The notes under the pieces: generated by a model
What the model was told of the DNA's origin: nothing
Database searches by the model: none
The model's input: the letters and a program-made list of their open reading frames with translations, nothing else
Position numbers and translations under genes: made by a program
NCBI GenBank assembly: GCA_963847625.1
Contig: CAWKAR010000027.1
Location: forward strand, 1-64,000
Source of the DNA: a candidate division FCPU426 bacterium
GTDB lineage: Bacteria; Oederibacteriota; Muellerivitia; Muellerivitales; Muellerivitaceae
DNA: 64,000 nt
Reading direction: 5' to 3'
Part shown: piece after piece, positions 1 to 9,072 of the stretch
Layout of the letters: each line of letters begins with the position of its first letter
Numbering within the stretch: the stretch's first letter is position 1

Positions 1-179
1 TTCCCCCCGACCAGGCCACCTACCTGCGGATGGTGGAAAGCTGGGCGAAGGTGGAAGGCCTCCGGATTCCCACAGGGGAACTGCACGCTAAGGCCCTTTT
101 CTGGGCCCGGCAGAACAATGGATCTTCGGGCCGCACCGCCCGGCAGTTCATCAACGATTTGAAGGGAAAATCCAAATGA
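1..179 (+). CDS. 3' end of DUF815-family AAA+ ATP-binding protein (partial, runs off window start)
   Basis: Frame 3 reads ...DQATYLRMVESWAK...ALFWARQNNGSSGRTARQFINDLKGKSK*; W-A...SGRxAxQF is the typical DUF815 C-terminus; TGA at 177-179. Confidence 0.75.
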   Translation, partial: PPDQATYLRMVESWAKVEGLRIPTGELHAKALFWARQNNGSSGRTARQFINDLKGKSK

Positions 180-299
180 ACCGTCTAAAATCCTGGAATA
201 TCCGCACCGATTCATGAATTTTGAAAAAACCGTTCTTGAACAGGTATTATAGTTTCTTGTTTTTCCCGGCGACTTGCCGGCTCCAGGAAGGGGGTACCC

Positions 300-776
300 A
301 TGACCGTTGACCTGTCGGTGTTCTATAAAGCTGCGCCTTACCGGAGCTTCCGCGATGAGGATTGGAACATCCTTGCCGAGGTCTTGAAGGAGACACGGGT
401 TAAGTCCGGAACCGCCCTTTTCCGGGAGAACGATCCAGGTGAAGGCCTTTATCTGATCCGATCCGGCCGGATCCTCATTCGCCGTCGTTTCATCCCAGAG
501 GGGGCGAAAGCCGCCCAGGAGCAGGTCCTGGCGATCCTGACCTCGGGGGAAATCTTGGGTGAGATGGCGCTGGTGGACGGCGCGCCCCGATCCGCTGACG
601 CGATGGTGGAAGAGGATTCGATCCTATTCCATCTTTCCCAGGCCGATTACGTGAAGCTCCAACTGGACCATACGCGCACGGCCCTTCGCATCCAGGACCT
701 GCTGGTCATCACTCTTTGTTCCCGCATCCGGGCCGCCGACCGCAATTTCGAAATCATCCGGTTTTTTTGCACATAA
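300..776 (+). CDS. Stand-alone cyclic nucleotide-binding domain protein (Crp/Fnr-like, no HTH)
   Basis: LFRENDPGEGLYLIRSG and phosphate-binding cassette GEMALVDGAPRSA; ends after the C-helix. Confidence 0.85.
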   Translation: MTVDLSVFYKAAPYRSFRDEDWNILAEVLKETRVKSGTALFRENDPGEGLYLIRSGRILIRRRFIPEGAKAAQEQVLAILTSGEILGEMALVDGAPRSADAMVEEDSILFHLSQADYVKLQLDHTRTALRIQDLLVITLCSRIRAADRNFEIIRFFCT

Positions 777-804
777 TGTTCGTTTCGATTTTTGATTTAA
801 ATGG

Positions 805-1815
805 GTGGACTACCTCTTGATATTTAACACGAAACTTACCTCTTGGCCTTTAGCGGATCAACGATTCTGGTGCCTCTTCTCCATTTTTTTCTACTTCCCT
901 TTTTCAATCCCGCTTCACGCCCAAACGGATCCTTCCCCGACGGTGAAACTTTCCCTGCCCTCCTTGTTGGTTTGCGGACAGCATGAAACCCTCTACCATG
1001 TGAAAAAATACAAGATCGACTGGGAATTTTCCGCTGAAGGAAAAATCCTTGATGTCCAGCCCCAACCCCTTTCCTGCCGTTTCCTGGTCGTAGGCGGCCC
1101 CCGGAAGGTTTTCCTGCTTCGAAAGGTGGACCGGGGATGCCGGATAGTTTGGGACTGGTCCAGGCTGGAAGGCGTTGATATTGCCTGCGCGGCCGCAGCG
1201 GACTGGGACCTGGAGGGATTGCCCACCCTTGTCCTGGCCGGAGACACGCGGAAGAACCGTCTCTTCCTGGCGGAGGCCAGGTCCTTCGGATCCAAGATGA
1301 GGTGGGAATATAAGCTTCCCGCCGCGCCCCGCTCCGTCCGGATCTGCCCCGACAGCGGAAATTTCCTGGTCACCCTTGCCGATTCCACGGTGGAAGAGGT
1401 TTATTTCCAGGAGGACAAGACGGTCTGGTCCCTCGGCAAAGAGGACGGCCTGGAGGACGCGCGGGACGCGGTCCGGGGGCCCGAAGGCTACACTTTCGTG
1501 GCCGACGCATCGGATGGATCGATCCTTTGCTTCAACCCGGGTAAAAAGCTTCTTTGGAGAAGCCACCTGCCTTTTACCCTCAGCAACGGAAGTCTCGACC
1601 GGATTTTCCTTTCCCTTTACAAGAAAAACGGCAGGCGCACGGTCATGGTCTCGGTTCACTTCGAGGGGGACGCGCCCGGCGCCAAGGATATGGTGTTTCT
1701 CCTGAACGCCGAATCGGGCAGACTCATGGCTTGGAGCGACCATCTGGAAAGGGGGGCCTTTCCACCCTTCATCAAGGTGGTTCCCGACACGCCTTCCTAT
1801 TATAAGAAACAATGA
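805..1815 (+). CDS. Hypothetical secreted beta-propeller protein (PQQ/NHL-like); start uncertain
   Basis: Signal-like segment ending LHA|Q; repeated blade ends (IVWDW, MRWEY, TVWSL, LLWRS); stop overlaps next ATG. Confidence 0.6.
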   Translation: MDYLLIFNTKLTSWPLADQRFWCLFSIFFYFPFSIPLHAQTDPSPTVKLSLPSLLVCGQHETLYHVKKYKIDWEFSAEGKILDVQPQPLSCRFLVVGGPRKVFLLRKVDRGCRIVWDWSRLEGVDIACAAAADWDLEGLPTLVLAGDTRKNRLFLAEARSFGSKMRWEYKLPAAPRSVRICPDSGNFLVTLADSTVEEVYFQEDKTVWSLGKEDGLEDARDAVRGPEGYTFVADASDGSILCFNPGKKLLWRSHLPFTLSNGSLDRIFLSLYKKNGRRTVMVSVHFEGDAPGAKDMVFLLNAESGRLMAWSDHLERGAFPPFIKVVPDTPSYYKKQ

Positions 1816-2930
1816 AAACTTGCCCCCTTTTCGCCAACCTATCCATTTGGATTCTCGGGACCGCTTGTTTTTTTTCAACATCAGGTCCGGGCCGCGCTTC
1901 GGATAACAGGGATCTTTCCGCAAAACTCAGCCTGGAGGCGGGTATCCTGGAGCCGCCCGCGGAAGCCTCGGGCCTTTACCAGTTTTCAAGGCTGTTGTTG
2001 GAAAGCCATAACGACCTCCAGCCTTCGCTGGCTCTCGTGCTTTCGGGTGAATTGGGATGGCAATCCTCGAACGCGGCTTCGGCTCCTCCCTGGCTGGTTT
2101 ATCCAACCCAGAATCTGTTAAACCTGGAGGCCGATAACCTTGCCACCTCCGGCGGGTTGGAAAACCTTTCGGCGCGCTTGAGCCGGGCCTACCTCCAATG
2201 GGTTTCCGGAAGGCTTCAAGTCAACGCGGGCCTCCAGAGTTTCGATTGGGGGACATCCAGCTTATACAGGCCGACGGATTATTTTTTTCCCCTCGCTCCC
2301 CTAGCTTGGGTGGCGGACCAACCCCTGGGAAGTGAGGGGGTGGAAGCCGATTGTTTCCTCTTCGATTTTCTCAGCGCGGAAGGGGCCGTACGATGGCTCC
2401 AGGGGGGTGAAAAGGAGTGGGTGGCCCGGCTGGTCAACAAGGGTATCGGCATCGGTGTGAGCCCCAGTTTCGCCCGGATGTCGGGACGGGACGGATTGGG
2501 AGTGGAATTATCCGGAACCTTTCCCGAGTTCCAGGCGAGGCTCGAAGCGGTGGATTGGTTCTATCACGGCGGTCCAGCCCTTTTGGAATGGGTGGCGGGG
2601 CTTTCCACGGTTCAAGACAAGACCCATTACACCCTGGAAGCCTTCCAGGACGGAACCGGAAGCGTTCTGGGCGGCTTCTCCAACAAATCCCGGAACGCCT
2701 TTTACCTTTTCGCCTCGGTGGGGAAGGACTTTTCCTCTAAATGGAAGGTTTCCGCGGCTCTGGTTAAATCCCCCGAAGGGGGACCTTTATTAATTTGGCC
2801 GAAGGCATCCTGGGTTTTCGCGGACTCCGAAGAATTGACCCTGCAGTGCCAGGTACCCTTATTGGTGGACCCGGGCCCTTTGGACCTTGCGACGACCCGT
2901 TTGGGTTTATCGGCCGCTTACCTGTATTAA
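1812..2930 (+). CDS. Hypothetical outer-membrane beta-barrel protein
   Basis: Signal peptide; RLSRAYLQW...AGLQSFDWG...PTD porin-like segment; amphipathic strands; C-terminal beta-signal RLGLSAAYLY. Confidence 0.65.
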   Translation: MKTCPLFANLSIWILGTACFFSTSGPGRASDNRDLSAKLSLEAGILEPPAEASGLYQFSRLLLESHNDLQPSLALVLSGELGWQSSNAASAPPWLVYPTQNLLNLEADNLATSGGLENLSARLSRAYLQWVSGRLQVNAGLQSFDWGTSSLYRPTDYFFPLAPLAWVADQPLGSEGVEADCFLFDFLSAEGAVRWLQGGEKEWVARLVNKGIGIGVSPSFARMSGRDGLGVELSGTFPEFQARLEAVDWFYHGGPALLEWVAGLSTVQDKTHYTLEAFQDGTGSVLGGFSNKSRNAFYLFASVGKDFSSKWKVSAALVKSPEGGPLLIWPKASWVFADSEELTLQCQVPLLVDPGPLDLATTRLGLSAAYLY

Positions 2931-2960
2931 TATGAAAACCGCAGAAGGGCATTTCTTTCT

Positions 2961-2989
2961 TTGATTGGTGTACCTATTCACCTTATAAT
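2961..2989 (+). promoter_or_regulatory. Putative sigma70 promoter of aroK
   Basis: TTGATT (2961-2966), 17-nt spacer, TATAAT (2984-2989), about 30 nt upstream of the ATG. Confidence 0.55.
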
Positions 2990-3018
2990 CCAAAACCTTG
3001 CTTTGACTCGAGGGGTTC

Positions 3019-3630
3019 ATGGCGCGTAAATCTAAAACTCAACCTGTTTTCCCCCGGGAAGCGGTCTTCAAGGCGGCTTCGGCCGGGATCACCAAACCGA
3101 TAGGGTTTCCGGAGAACATCGTCCTCATCGGCATGTTCGGGAGCGGCAAAAGCTCGGTCGGGAGAATACTGGCGGATAAGCTTCGTTACCATTTCCTGGA
3201 TGTGGACCATCTCATCGAAATGAAATACCGAAAGCCGCTCAGCCGGATCCTGGATATCCTGGGCATGAAAAAATTTATGCGGGTGGAGGATGAAACCATC
3301 CGCGCCCTGCAAAACTACTGGCATTGTATCCTCGCGCCGAGCGGAAGCTCGGTCTACTACCCCCAGGGAATGAAACAGTTGAAAAAGCTGGGCCCCTGCG
3401 TTTACCTGGACGTTTCACTGGCCGAGATCATAAAGCGGCTGCCCGACTGGTCCAACCGGGGGGTTGTTTGCCGGGGGGGAAACACCCTTTCCGCGCTATA
3501 CCACGAGCGGATTCCCCTTTACAGGAAGTACGCCGACTTCACGGTGGACGCATCGGGCCGGTCCTTCGAAAAGATCGCGCAAAAGGTCCTCAAGCAGCTG
3601 GGAGTGGAAGCCGTTCCCGTCAAGAAATAG
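3019..3630 (+). CDS. aroK: Shikimate kinase
   Basis: NIVLIGMFGSGKSSVGRILA Walker A; DVD; ERIPLYRKYAD. Confidence 0.9.
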   Translation: MARKSKTQPVFPREAVFKAASAGITKPIGFPENIVLIGMFGSGKSSVGRILADKLRYHFLDVDHLIEMKYRKPLSRILDILGMKKFMRVEDETIRALQNYWHCILAPSGSSVYYPQGMKQLKKLGPCVYLDVSLAEIIKRLPDWSNRGVVCRGGNTLSALYHERIPLYRKYADFTVDASGRSFEKIAQKVLKQLGVEAVPVKK

Positions 3631-3741
3631 TTCCCCCTTTCTCCGGGAGGAAACGCCCGGAAAAAAGTTTATCCGCTCTTGCGCCTTCCCCTGCTTGTAT
3701 AATGGATGTCATCTTTAAAATTTGTTTCCGGGAGAATCCTC

Positions 3742-4725
3742 GTGAAGACGGCGGTCATCGGTTCTGGCAGCATGGGGACGGCATTGGCCCGCCTTTTGGC
3801 GGATAACGGCCATTCAGTGTCCTGCTGGGACCATATTCCCTCCGTGGTGGAAGACATCCGAAAGAACCACCAGAACACCAGATTTCTCCCGGGGGTTGAC
3901 CTGCCCTCCGGCGTGACCGCGGACCTGCTCCTGAACCACGTGGTTAAAGAAGCGCAGTTGGTTTTCATCGCGGTTCCCTCCGCCTATTTCTCGCATGTGG
4001 TGAAGGAATTTTCGCCCTTTTCCCCGCCCCAAGCCGTCGTGGTGGGCACCTCCAAGGGTTTGGAGCCCTCCACCGGGAAACGTCTCAGCCAAGTCTATGC
4101 CCAAGCTGCGGTACACCCTCCCGACCAATACATGGTGCTCTCGGGCTCCTGCGTTGCCAACGAATTCGCCCGACAAAGACCCACGGCGGTGGTCGTAGCC
4201 GGGTCCAACCGGGCTCATTCGCAGAAGGTATCCGATGCCCTATCCAACTCCTACTTCCATGTGGAAATATCCGACGACCTGGTCGGCGTGGAGTTGGGGG
4301 GAGTCCTGAAGAACATATACGCCATCGGTTTCGGCTTTTTGGACGGTTTAAACCACGGTTCCCCGAACCTGAAATCGGCCTTCCTGATCAAGGCTTGGGC
4401 CGAGTTGAAGGGAATCGGAGTGAAATTGGGGGCCCAGGCTAAGACTCTCGATGGGTTGGCGGGTTTGGGAGACCTGGTCACTACGGGTTTTTCCCCGGAC
4501 TCCCATAACCGCAAGTTTGGGCAGCTTCTGGCTTCGGGACTGGATTATGACAAAGTCATCGCGCAAATGGGGGGCGCGGCACCCGAAGGCGTCCGGACGC
4601 TTAACACGCTTCTGATGGTTTTGGGAAGCCAACTCGATACCCCCTTGGCAAGACTGATCCATACCAGCATCCAACAGCCAGCGGCCCGGGCCAAATTCGT
4701 GGAGGGGATCCTGCAGTTTTTTTAA
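3742..4725 (+). CDS. gpsA: NAD(P)H-dependent glycerol-3-phosphate dehydrogenase
   Basis: GSGSMGTALA Rossmann motif; SKG; GVELGGVLKNIYAI; GLAGLGDLVTT; SHNR; GTG start at 3742 after GGAG. Confidence 0.93.
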   Translation: MKTAVIGSGSMGTALARLLADNGHSVSCWDHIPSVVEDIRKNHQNTRFLPGVDLPSGVTADLLLNHVVKEAQLVFIAVPSAYFSHVVKEFSPFSPPQAVVVGTSKGLEPSTGKRLSQVYAQAAVHPPDQYMVLSGSCVANEFARQRPTAVVVAGSNRAHSQKVSDALSNSYFHVEISDDLVGVELGGVLKNIYAIGFGFLDGLNHGSPNLKSAFLIKAWAELKGIGVKLGAQAKTLDGLAGLGDLVTTGFSPDSHNRKFGQLLASGLDYDKVIAQMGGAAPEGVRTLNTLLMVLGSQLDTPLARLIHTSIQQPAARAKFVEGILQFF

Positions 4726-4768
4726 CGGAACCGTTTCCGGCCGTTGAAGCGGTCCGGGAAACGGAAAG

Positions 4769-5215
4769 GTGGAATGGCCGGTGTTAGATTTCGTTTCCCA
4801 ATTTCCCGATTGGCACCATATTCTTTTCAAGGTCAAGGACGCGGACCTGTCCATCCGATTCTACAGCGAATACCTGGGAATGGGGGCGGTGCTGGACCAG
4901 AAGGATGGGGACGGCGCACGGTGGGTATGGCTGCGTTTTTCCGAGAACCCGAACGCGCCTTATTTCGTCCTCCTGGAGGATTCCCACCTGAAAATAGGCC
5001 CTGCTGTCACGAACAGCCTCCAACAGTTTTCTTTCAGGCTTCCGGACTTGAAGCCAGTGGAGGAAATCAGTTCCAAGGCCAAAAAGGACAAATGCCTCGT
5101 GGAAGCCGCCCGGTATGGAGGCCATCTCCGGGGCTATTTCTGCGTCATTTCAGACCCTGACGGCAACCTGTTGGAGTTCACTTACGTGCTTACCCCCAAA
5201 ACCATCTCGCATTAA
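4769..5215 (+). CDS. VOC/glyoxalase family protein
   Basis: HHILFKVKDADLSIRFYSEYLG and ISDPDGNLLEF motifs. Confidence 0.88.
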   Translation: MEWPVLDFVSQFPDWHHILFKVKDADLSIRFYSEYLGMGAVLDQKDGDGARWVWLRFSENPNAPYFVLLEDSHLKIGPAVTNSLQQFSFRLPDLKPVEEISSKAKKDKCLVEAARYGGHLRGYFCVISDPDGNLLEFTYVLTPKTISH

Positions 5216-5289
5216 GAATTTCTTGCAAAACCCTCATCCGCAGTTGTGATAGCGATTAAGTTTTATGGAAAACTCTATAGCTGTTTCTT

Positions 5290-6000
5290 TTAGCGCCGGT
5301 TGTTGGACAGGATGCGCAGGATGGCCAGGAACAAATTCAGGAAATCCAGGTACAAGGAAAGGGCCGCGCTCACGTACTCGTCGGATTCATGGGTCCGCAG
5401 AATCCTGGAGGTATCGTAGAGGATAAAAAGGGAAAAGAGCACCGAGGTGATCCAGGCGAGGGCCAGGCTGGCCGCGTTCACTTGTGCCCCGAACATTTGC
5501 ATGACCATGAGGACGACCCCGATTCCGATCACGGCCCAGATACCGGTCCAAACTATCCCGCTGAGGAAGGAGAAGTCTTTTTTAGTGATGAAAACGTAGG
5601 CGGTGAGCCCCAGGAAAATGCTTCCGGAAATAAGCCCGGCCTCATAAATCACACCATAAGACCCACCTGTCCTCAAGGCCGCGACCATCAGGCAGGGAGC
5701 GATGAAGACGCCGCTGACAAAAGTAAAACTCAAGAGGGCGAGTATGTTGATCCCCGGTGTTTTCCGGACGGCCATGCACAGGAAAAAGACCCCGAAATAA
5801 AGGATCAAACCAATGAAAAAGTGGGATAAAACCGCGGCCGCGAAGCCGGGATTGGCCAAGGTGAGGAAAGCCCCCCCGATAGCCACTCCCAGTCCCAGGA
5901 GAAAAAGGGAATAGACTTTTTGCAGGAAATCCAAACGTGTTTCAACATCCTCGCTAACGACGCTGGTTGGGATGGGTTGTTCTTGGGTGAAGAGGGCCAT
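5290..6000 (-). CDS. Bax inhibitor-1/YccA family membrane protein
   Basis: FLQKVY N-terminal motif, about 7 TM helices, ILYDT...AALSLYLDFLNLFLAILRIL. Confidence 0.93.
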   Translation of the reverse strand: MALFTQEQPIPTSVVSEDVETRLDFLQKVYSLFLLGLGVAIGGAFLTLANPGFAAAVLSHFFIGLILYFGVFFLCMAVRKTPGINILALLSFTFVSGVFIAPCLMVAALRTGGSYGVIYEAGLISGSIFLGLTAYVFITKKDFSFLSGIVWTGIWAVIGIGVVLMVMQMFGAQVNAASLALAWITSVLFSLFILYDTSRILRTHESDEYVSAALSLYLDFLNLFLAILRILSNNRR

Positions 6001-6070
6001 GTTCTTTACTCCTTTAGATCGTCATGAACATTTATATTGGGCACTGGAACCGTAAATGTCAATGTCTTAG

Positions 6071-6196
6071 GGGTGAACCACGGCTAAAATGCGGTTCCGG
6101 GCTGGTACTCCGACAGGCGGAAAACCAACGCAGGAGTTCCGAACCCACCGGAGCCCTTTTATGCTGGATACAGCCGTCACCAAGCGCGGGGCACCC
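6071..6196 (+). ncRNA. Structured non-coding RNA, probably Acido-Lenti-1-like motif (strand not certain)
   Basis: Nested pairings GGGUG/CACCC, ACGGCU/AGCCGU, GGUUCCGG/CCGGAGCC, ACUCC/GGAGU; segments GGGUGAAC, CUGGUACUCC, UUAUGCUG, GCG-GGGGCACCC match my recollection of the Acido-Lenti-1 consensus (not searched). Confidence 0.6.
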
Positions 6197-6232
6197 ATGC
6201 CCCTATGGTAAGATAAGGCGTTTTTCAAGTTC

Positions 6233-7864
6233 TTGAAGGAGACCCTTTTGTTCTCCCAAATACCTTACCGCAAAAATTTCTGGGTTTTTTCTCCGTCCGA
6301 ACTTTTAACTTCCATCCTCTTCATGAACCTATTTATTCTGGCCCTGGGCGCTTTTTTCGCGGACCGCCCGGGAGCGAACGTCGCGCTTGTTTCGGCTTGC
6401 GTCAATAGTCTTGTCTGGGTGGCCTGGATCTACTTTGTTTCGGTGCGCCGCCCCCCGCCGTTCGGACTCCTGGGCCTGATGCGGGGGCTGGGGCCCTGGC
6501 TGGGCCTGGTGTTGTGCTACACCCTGATGAAGCCCCTCGTCCCCGTTCTTCACCCCCAACTTTTTGACGCGGACCTCCACAGTTTGGACCTGCGCCTGCT
6601 GGGGAAAGGGCCCTCGCCTTTCCAGCAGAGCCTGGCGGGCAGGCCGGAATTAGTCGACTTGTTCAGCCTGTTTTACCTGGGGCTTTACGCCTGGCTCATC
6701 GGATTACTGGTTTACCATAGTTATCTGCGGCGCGCGCTTTACCAAAGGTTCATGCTCGGGCTCATCCTGGTCTATTCCGGCGGATTCCTGGGCTACCTGC
6801 TCTATCCCGCCGTCGGACCCCGCTTCGCCTATCCCCAGGAATGGGCCGGACTCGAAGGGGGAACCCTTTATTGGCTTACCCAGTCCTTGGTCAACGGCTT
6901 TGGAGCGCGGTTTGACGTTTTTCCGAGCCTTCACGGCGCCCTCTCGGGATACCTGCTCGCCTGGCAATTCCAACACGACCGGAGGTCCGTGGCGTGGGGT
7001 ATTCCCCTGACGGCTGGGATCTGGCTGTCCACCCTTTTTCTCGGGTACCACTATTTACCCGACCTTGTCAGCGGGGGGCTCCTGGCTGCTTTCAGCGCCT
7101 GGGCCGCGCCGCGGTTAGAGGTCCTGGCGGGGGCTTTCCGCCGTTCCCTGCGGCCGCCCCGGGTCTGGCTTTTAAACCTGACCGAAGGCCATGGGGATTA
7201 TTTCGGTAAACTGGCCGGCCGCCTCAGCGACCTGATTCTGCTCGGAGGGGAGACTTCCCCGGGGTTCGTCTGCGGGGAGGTTCCGAAAAACCGGGCCCTG
7301 GAACCCCTGCGTCAGGCCCTCGGGGACCTGGATGAAGGCCCCTTTTGGGTCAGGCCTTCCGACACTTCGGGCTCCAAACGCAGGACCCTGGTGGGCTTGA
7401 AACCCCTGAACGTCGAGCAAGTGTTCAAGGAAGTGTTCAACCCTTCGGCAGGGCATTATTTCATCGTTCAAAAAGCCCTCAAAGTTTCGGCGGTCGGCGT
7501 TTGCCGGGCTTTTCCGCCGAAAGGGGTGGAGTTGTCGGATGTGGAAGTCCGGGTGACCTCCCTCCCCCAAGGGAACGTTTTGGAATTAAACCTGGCCCCC
7601 AATCGGAGTTTATTCCGGGGGCTCCTGGATAATCCCTGGCATTACTTTCCCAGGTCCTTTCCTTTGAGGGGTTTCGAGCTCTTTGAGGCCGTGAAATTGA
7701 CGCGGCGCTTGGCCAAGCGGTGGAATCAACCCACTGAAGTGGAATGGGTGCTGTCGGAGGGGAAAGTTTTCGTCCTGGACGGGCGGCCGGTCAAGGAAGA
7801 CCCTGTGGAAGAAAAATTTGATGCCCCTTCCGGCAACGACTTACAGGAAAACTTGCGGCTATGA
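6233..7864 (+). CDS. PAP2/Aur1-like (IPC synthase family) membrane phosphotransferase fused to a degenerate PEP-synthase/PPDK N-terminal ATP-grasp domain
   Basis: YPAVGPR, FPSLH, LGYHYLPDL PAP2 motifs; C-terminal FGKLAGRL, SPGFV, FWVRPS, FIVQ, EVEWV...VFVLDGRPV echo PPDK_N motifs. Confidence 0.75.
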   Translation: MKETLLFSQIPYRKNFWVFSPSELLTSILFMNLFILALGAFFADRPGANVALVSACVNSLVWVAWIYFVSVRRPPPFGLLGLMRGLGPWLGLVLCYTLMKPLVPVLHPQLFDADLHSLDLRLLGKGPSPFQQSLAGRPELVDLFSLFYLGLYAWLIGLLVYHSYLRRALYQRFMLGLILVYSGGFLGYLLYPAVGPRFAYPQEWAGLEGGTLYWLTQSLVNGFGARFDVFPSLHGALSGYLLAWQFQHDRRSVAWGIPLTAGIWLSTLFLGYHYLPDLVSGGLLAAFSAWAAPRLEVLAGAFRRSLRPPRVWLLNLTEGHGDYFGKLAGRLSDLILLGGETSPGFVCGEVPKNRALEPLRQALGDLDEGPFWVRPSDTSGSKRRTLVGLKPLNVEQVFKEVFNPSAGHYFIVQKALKVSAVGVCRAFPPKGVELSDVEVRVTSLPQGNVLELNLAPNRSLFRGLLDNPWHYFPRSFPLRGFELFEAVKLTRRLAKRWNQPTEVEWVLSEGKVFVLDGRPVKEDPVEEKFDAPSGNDLQENLRL

Positions 7865-7929
7865 AAAAGTGAAAAAACGGGTGGGGGATGATATGATCTA
7901 ACCCCTATACTCGTTTCTTTAAGGCAGGA

Positions 7930-8565
7930 TTGGTGATGGAATTAAAAAAAACCCTCTCGCTAGCCGGGGCTGTGGCGACCATGGCTGTCATAGGCTGCGT
8001 GTCCATAGACCAGAATGTCCAAGTGACGCCGCCCTCGGCGGTGGAACAGTATGGCCGCAGTCCCATCGACCAATGTACTCCCCATACCGTTCCCCATCAC
8101 CTTATTATGGCCACCGCCGGGATTGGGGTATCGCTGGTCCAACTGGGGGGCGGCTATGTCCCGGACCAAACAACTTTCGACTTTTTTTGGGGGCAAATCT
8201 CCCCCCAATTGGATCAAAGCCAGGTGATCTCCTCCAACCTCAAGCCGGTCATCGACTGGAATGTCGAGGGCGCTTACTTCGTGGTGGTTCCCATGTCCGA
8301 TTCCTGCACCAAGGCCAAGCCCTATGGGGATGGAATCACCAGCGATTGTTACACCATTTCGATACCCATTTACCTTTACGAGGAGGATGACTGCCAGAAG
8401 CAACCCGTGAACACAAACGTGGTGTTGCTGTACATTTATCCCAAGAACCCGAATAACTTGCCGACCAACCTCCAATGGATCCACCCCACGCCCACTCCTA
8501 CTCTCACCCCCACCTCGACCCCCCTGCCGGCCCCCACTCCCCCCCCTAAAAGCGGGAATGAGTGA
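7930..8565 (+). CDS. Hypothetical lipoprotein with C-terminal Pro/Thr tail
   Basis: Lipobox-like AVIGC; four further Cys; HPTPTPTLTPTSTPLPAPTPPP. Confidence 0.7.
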   Translation: MVMELKKTLSLAGAVATMAVIGCVSIDQNVQVTPPSAVEQYGRSPIDQCTPHTVPHHLIMATAGIGVSLVQLGGGYVPDQTTFDFFWGQISPQLDQSQVISSNLKPVIDWNVEGAYFVVVPMSDSCTKAKPYGDGITSDCYTISIPIYLYEEDDCQKQPVNTNVVLLYIYPKNPNNLPTNLQWIHPTPTPTLTPTSTPLPAPTPPPKSGNE

Positions 8566-9041
8566 GGGCCATTCACCGGTTCCCAGGGAACCCCCGGGTT
8601 TTGAGGGCCATCATGGTGGCTCTTTTGGTTGGGATGGGAGCTTTCTCCCGGGCCTGGGCCAAGAATGAGGCGGTCACGGTGCCGGTGATCCTCACGGATT
8701 ATTATGCGTGGGCCTACACAGAGGCGGTTGAGGACAAGTCCACTCTTTACGCTTGTTCCACGGGCGGGGTGGACGCTTTGGGCTGGATTTTCCTTGCGGT
8801 CAAACCCGATTACACCGGTCTTTTTCTCGTGAACCTGGCCGGGGGGGCCAAGACGGTTTACCCGGTCGCGGTTCTCCTCACGAATTCGGATGCCGGGGCC
8901 CGGGATAGGGCCTGGATCGCCTTGGGAACACACGCGGCCACCATCATCACCCTGGAATTCTTAGGAAGGCCCGCCATCAGCCTCCAAGCCATGGGACCGG
9001 GAAGGAACGACTTGGGTTTGCAGTTAGCCTGCCGGTTTTAA
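8562..9041 (+). CDS. Hypothetical exported/outer-membrane protein
   Basis: Overlaps previous stop (GTGA); signal peptide ending AWA; hydrophobic helices; C-terminal beta-signal GLQLACRF. Confidence 0.55.
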   Translation: MRAIHRFPGNPRVLRAIMVALLVGMGAFSRAWAKNEAVTVPVILTDYYAWAYTEAVEDKSTLYACSTGGVDALGWIFLAVKPDYTGLFLVNLAGGAKTVYPVAVLLTNSDAGARDRAWIALGTHAATIITLEFLGRPAISLQAMGPGRNDLGLQLACRF

Positions 9042-9072
9042 CCGCGTTGGACCCTGCGGGCCGGGCATCCGA

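Noticed and set aside
6024..6236. 70-aa ORF over the structured RNA; alternatively tRNA, SRP or 6S RNA
   Set aside because: The ORF has no SD or protein-like features; there is no cloverleaf; the SRP-like CAGG...GCAG lacks the GNRA-capped stem; it is short for 6S.
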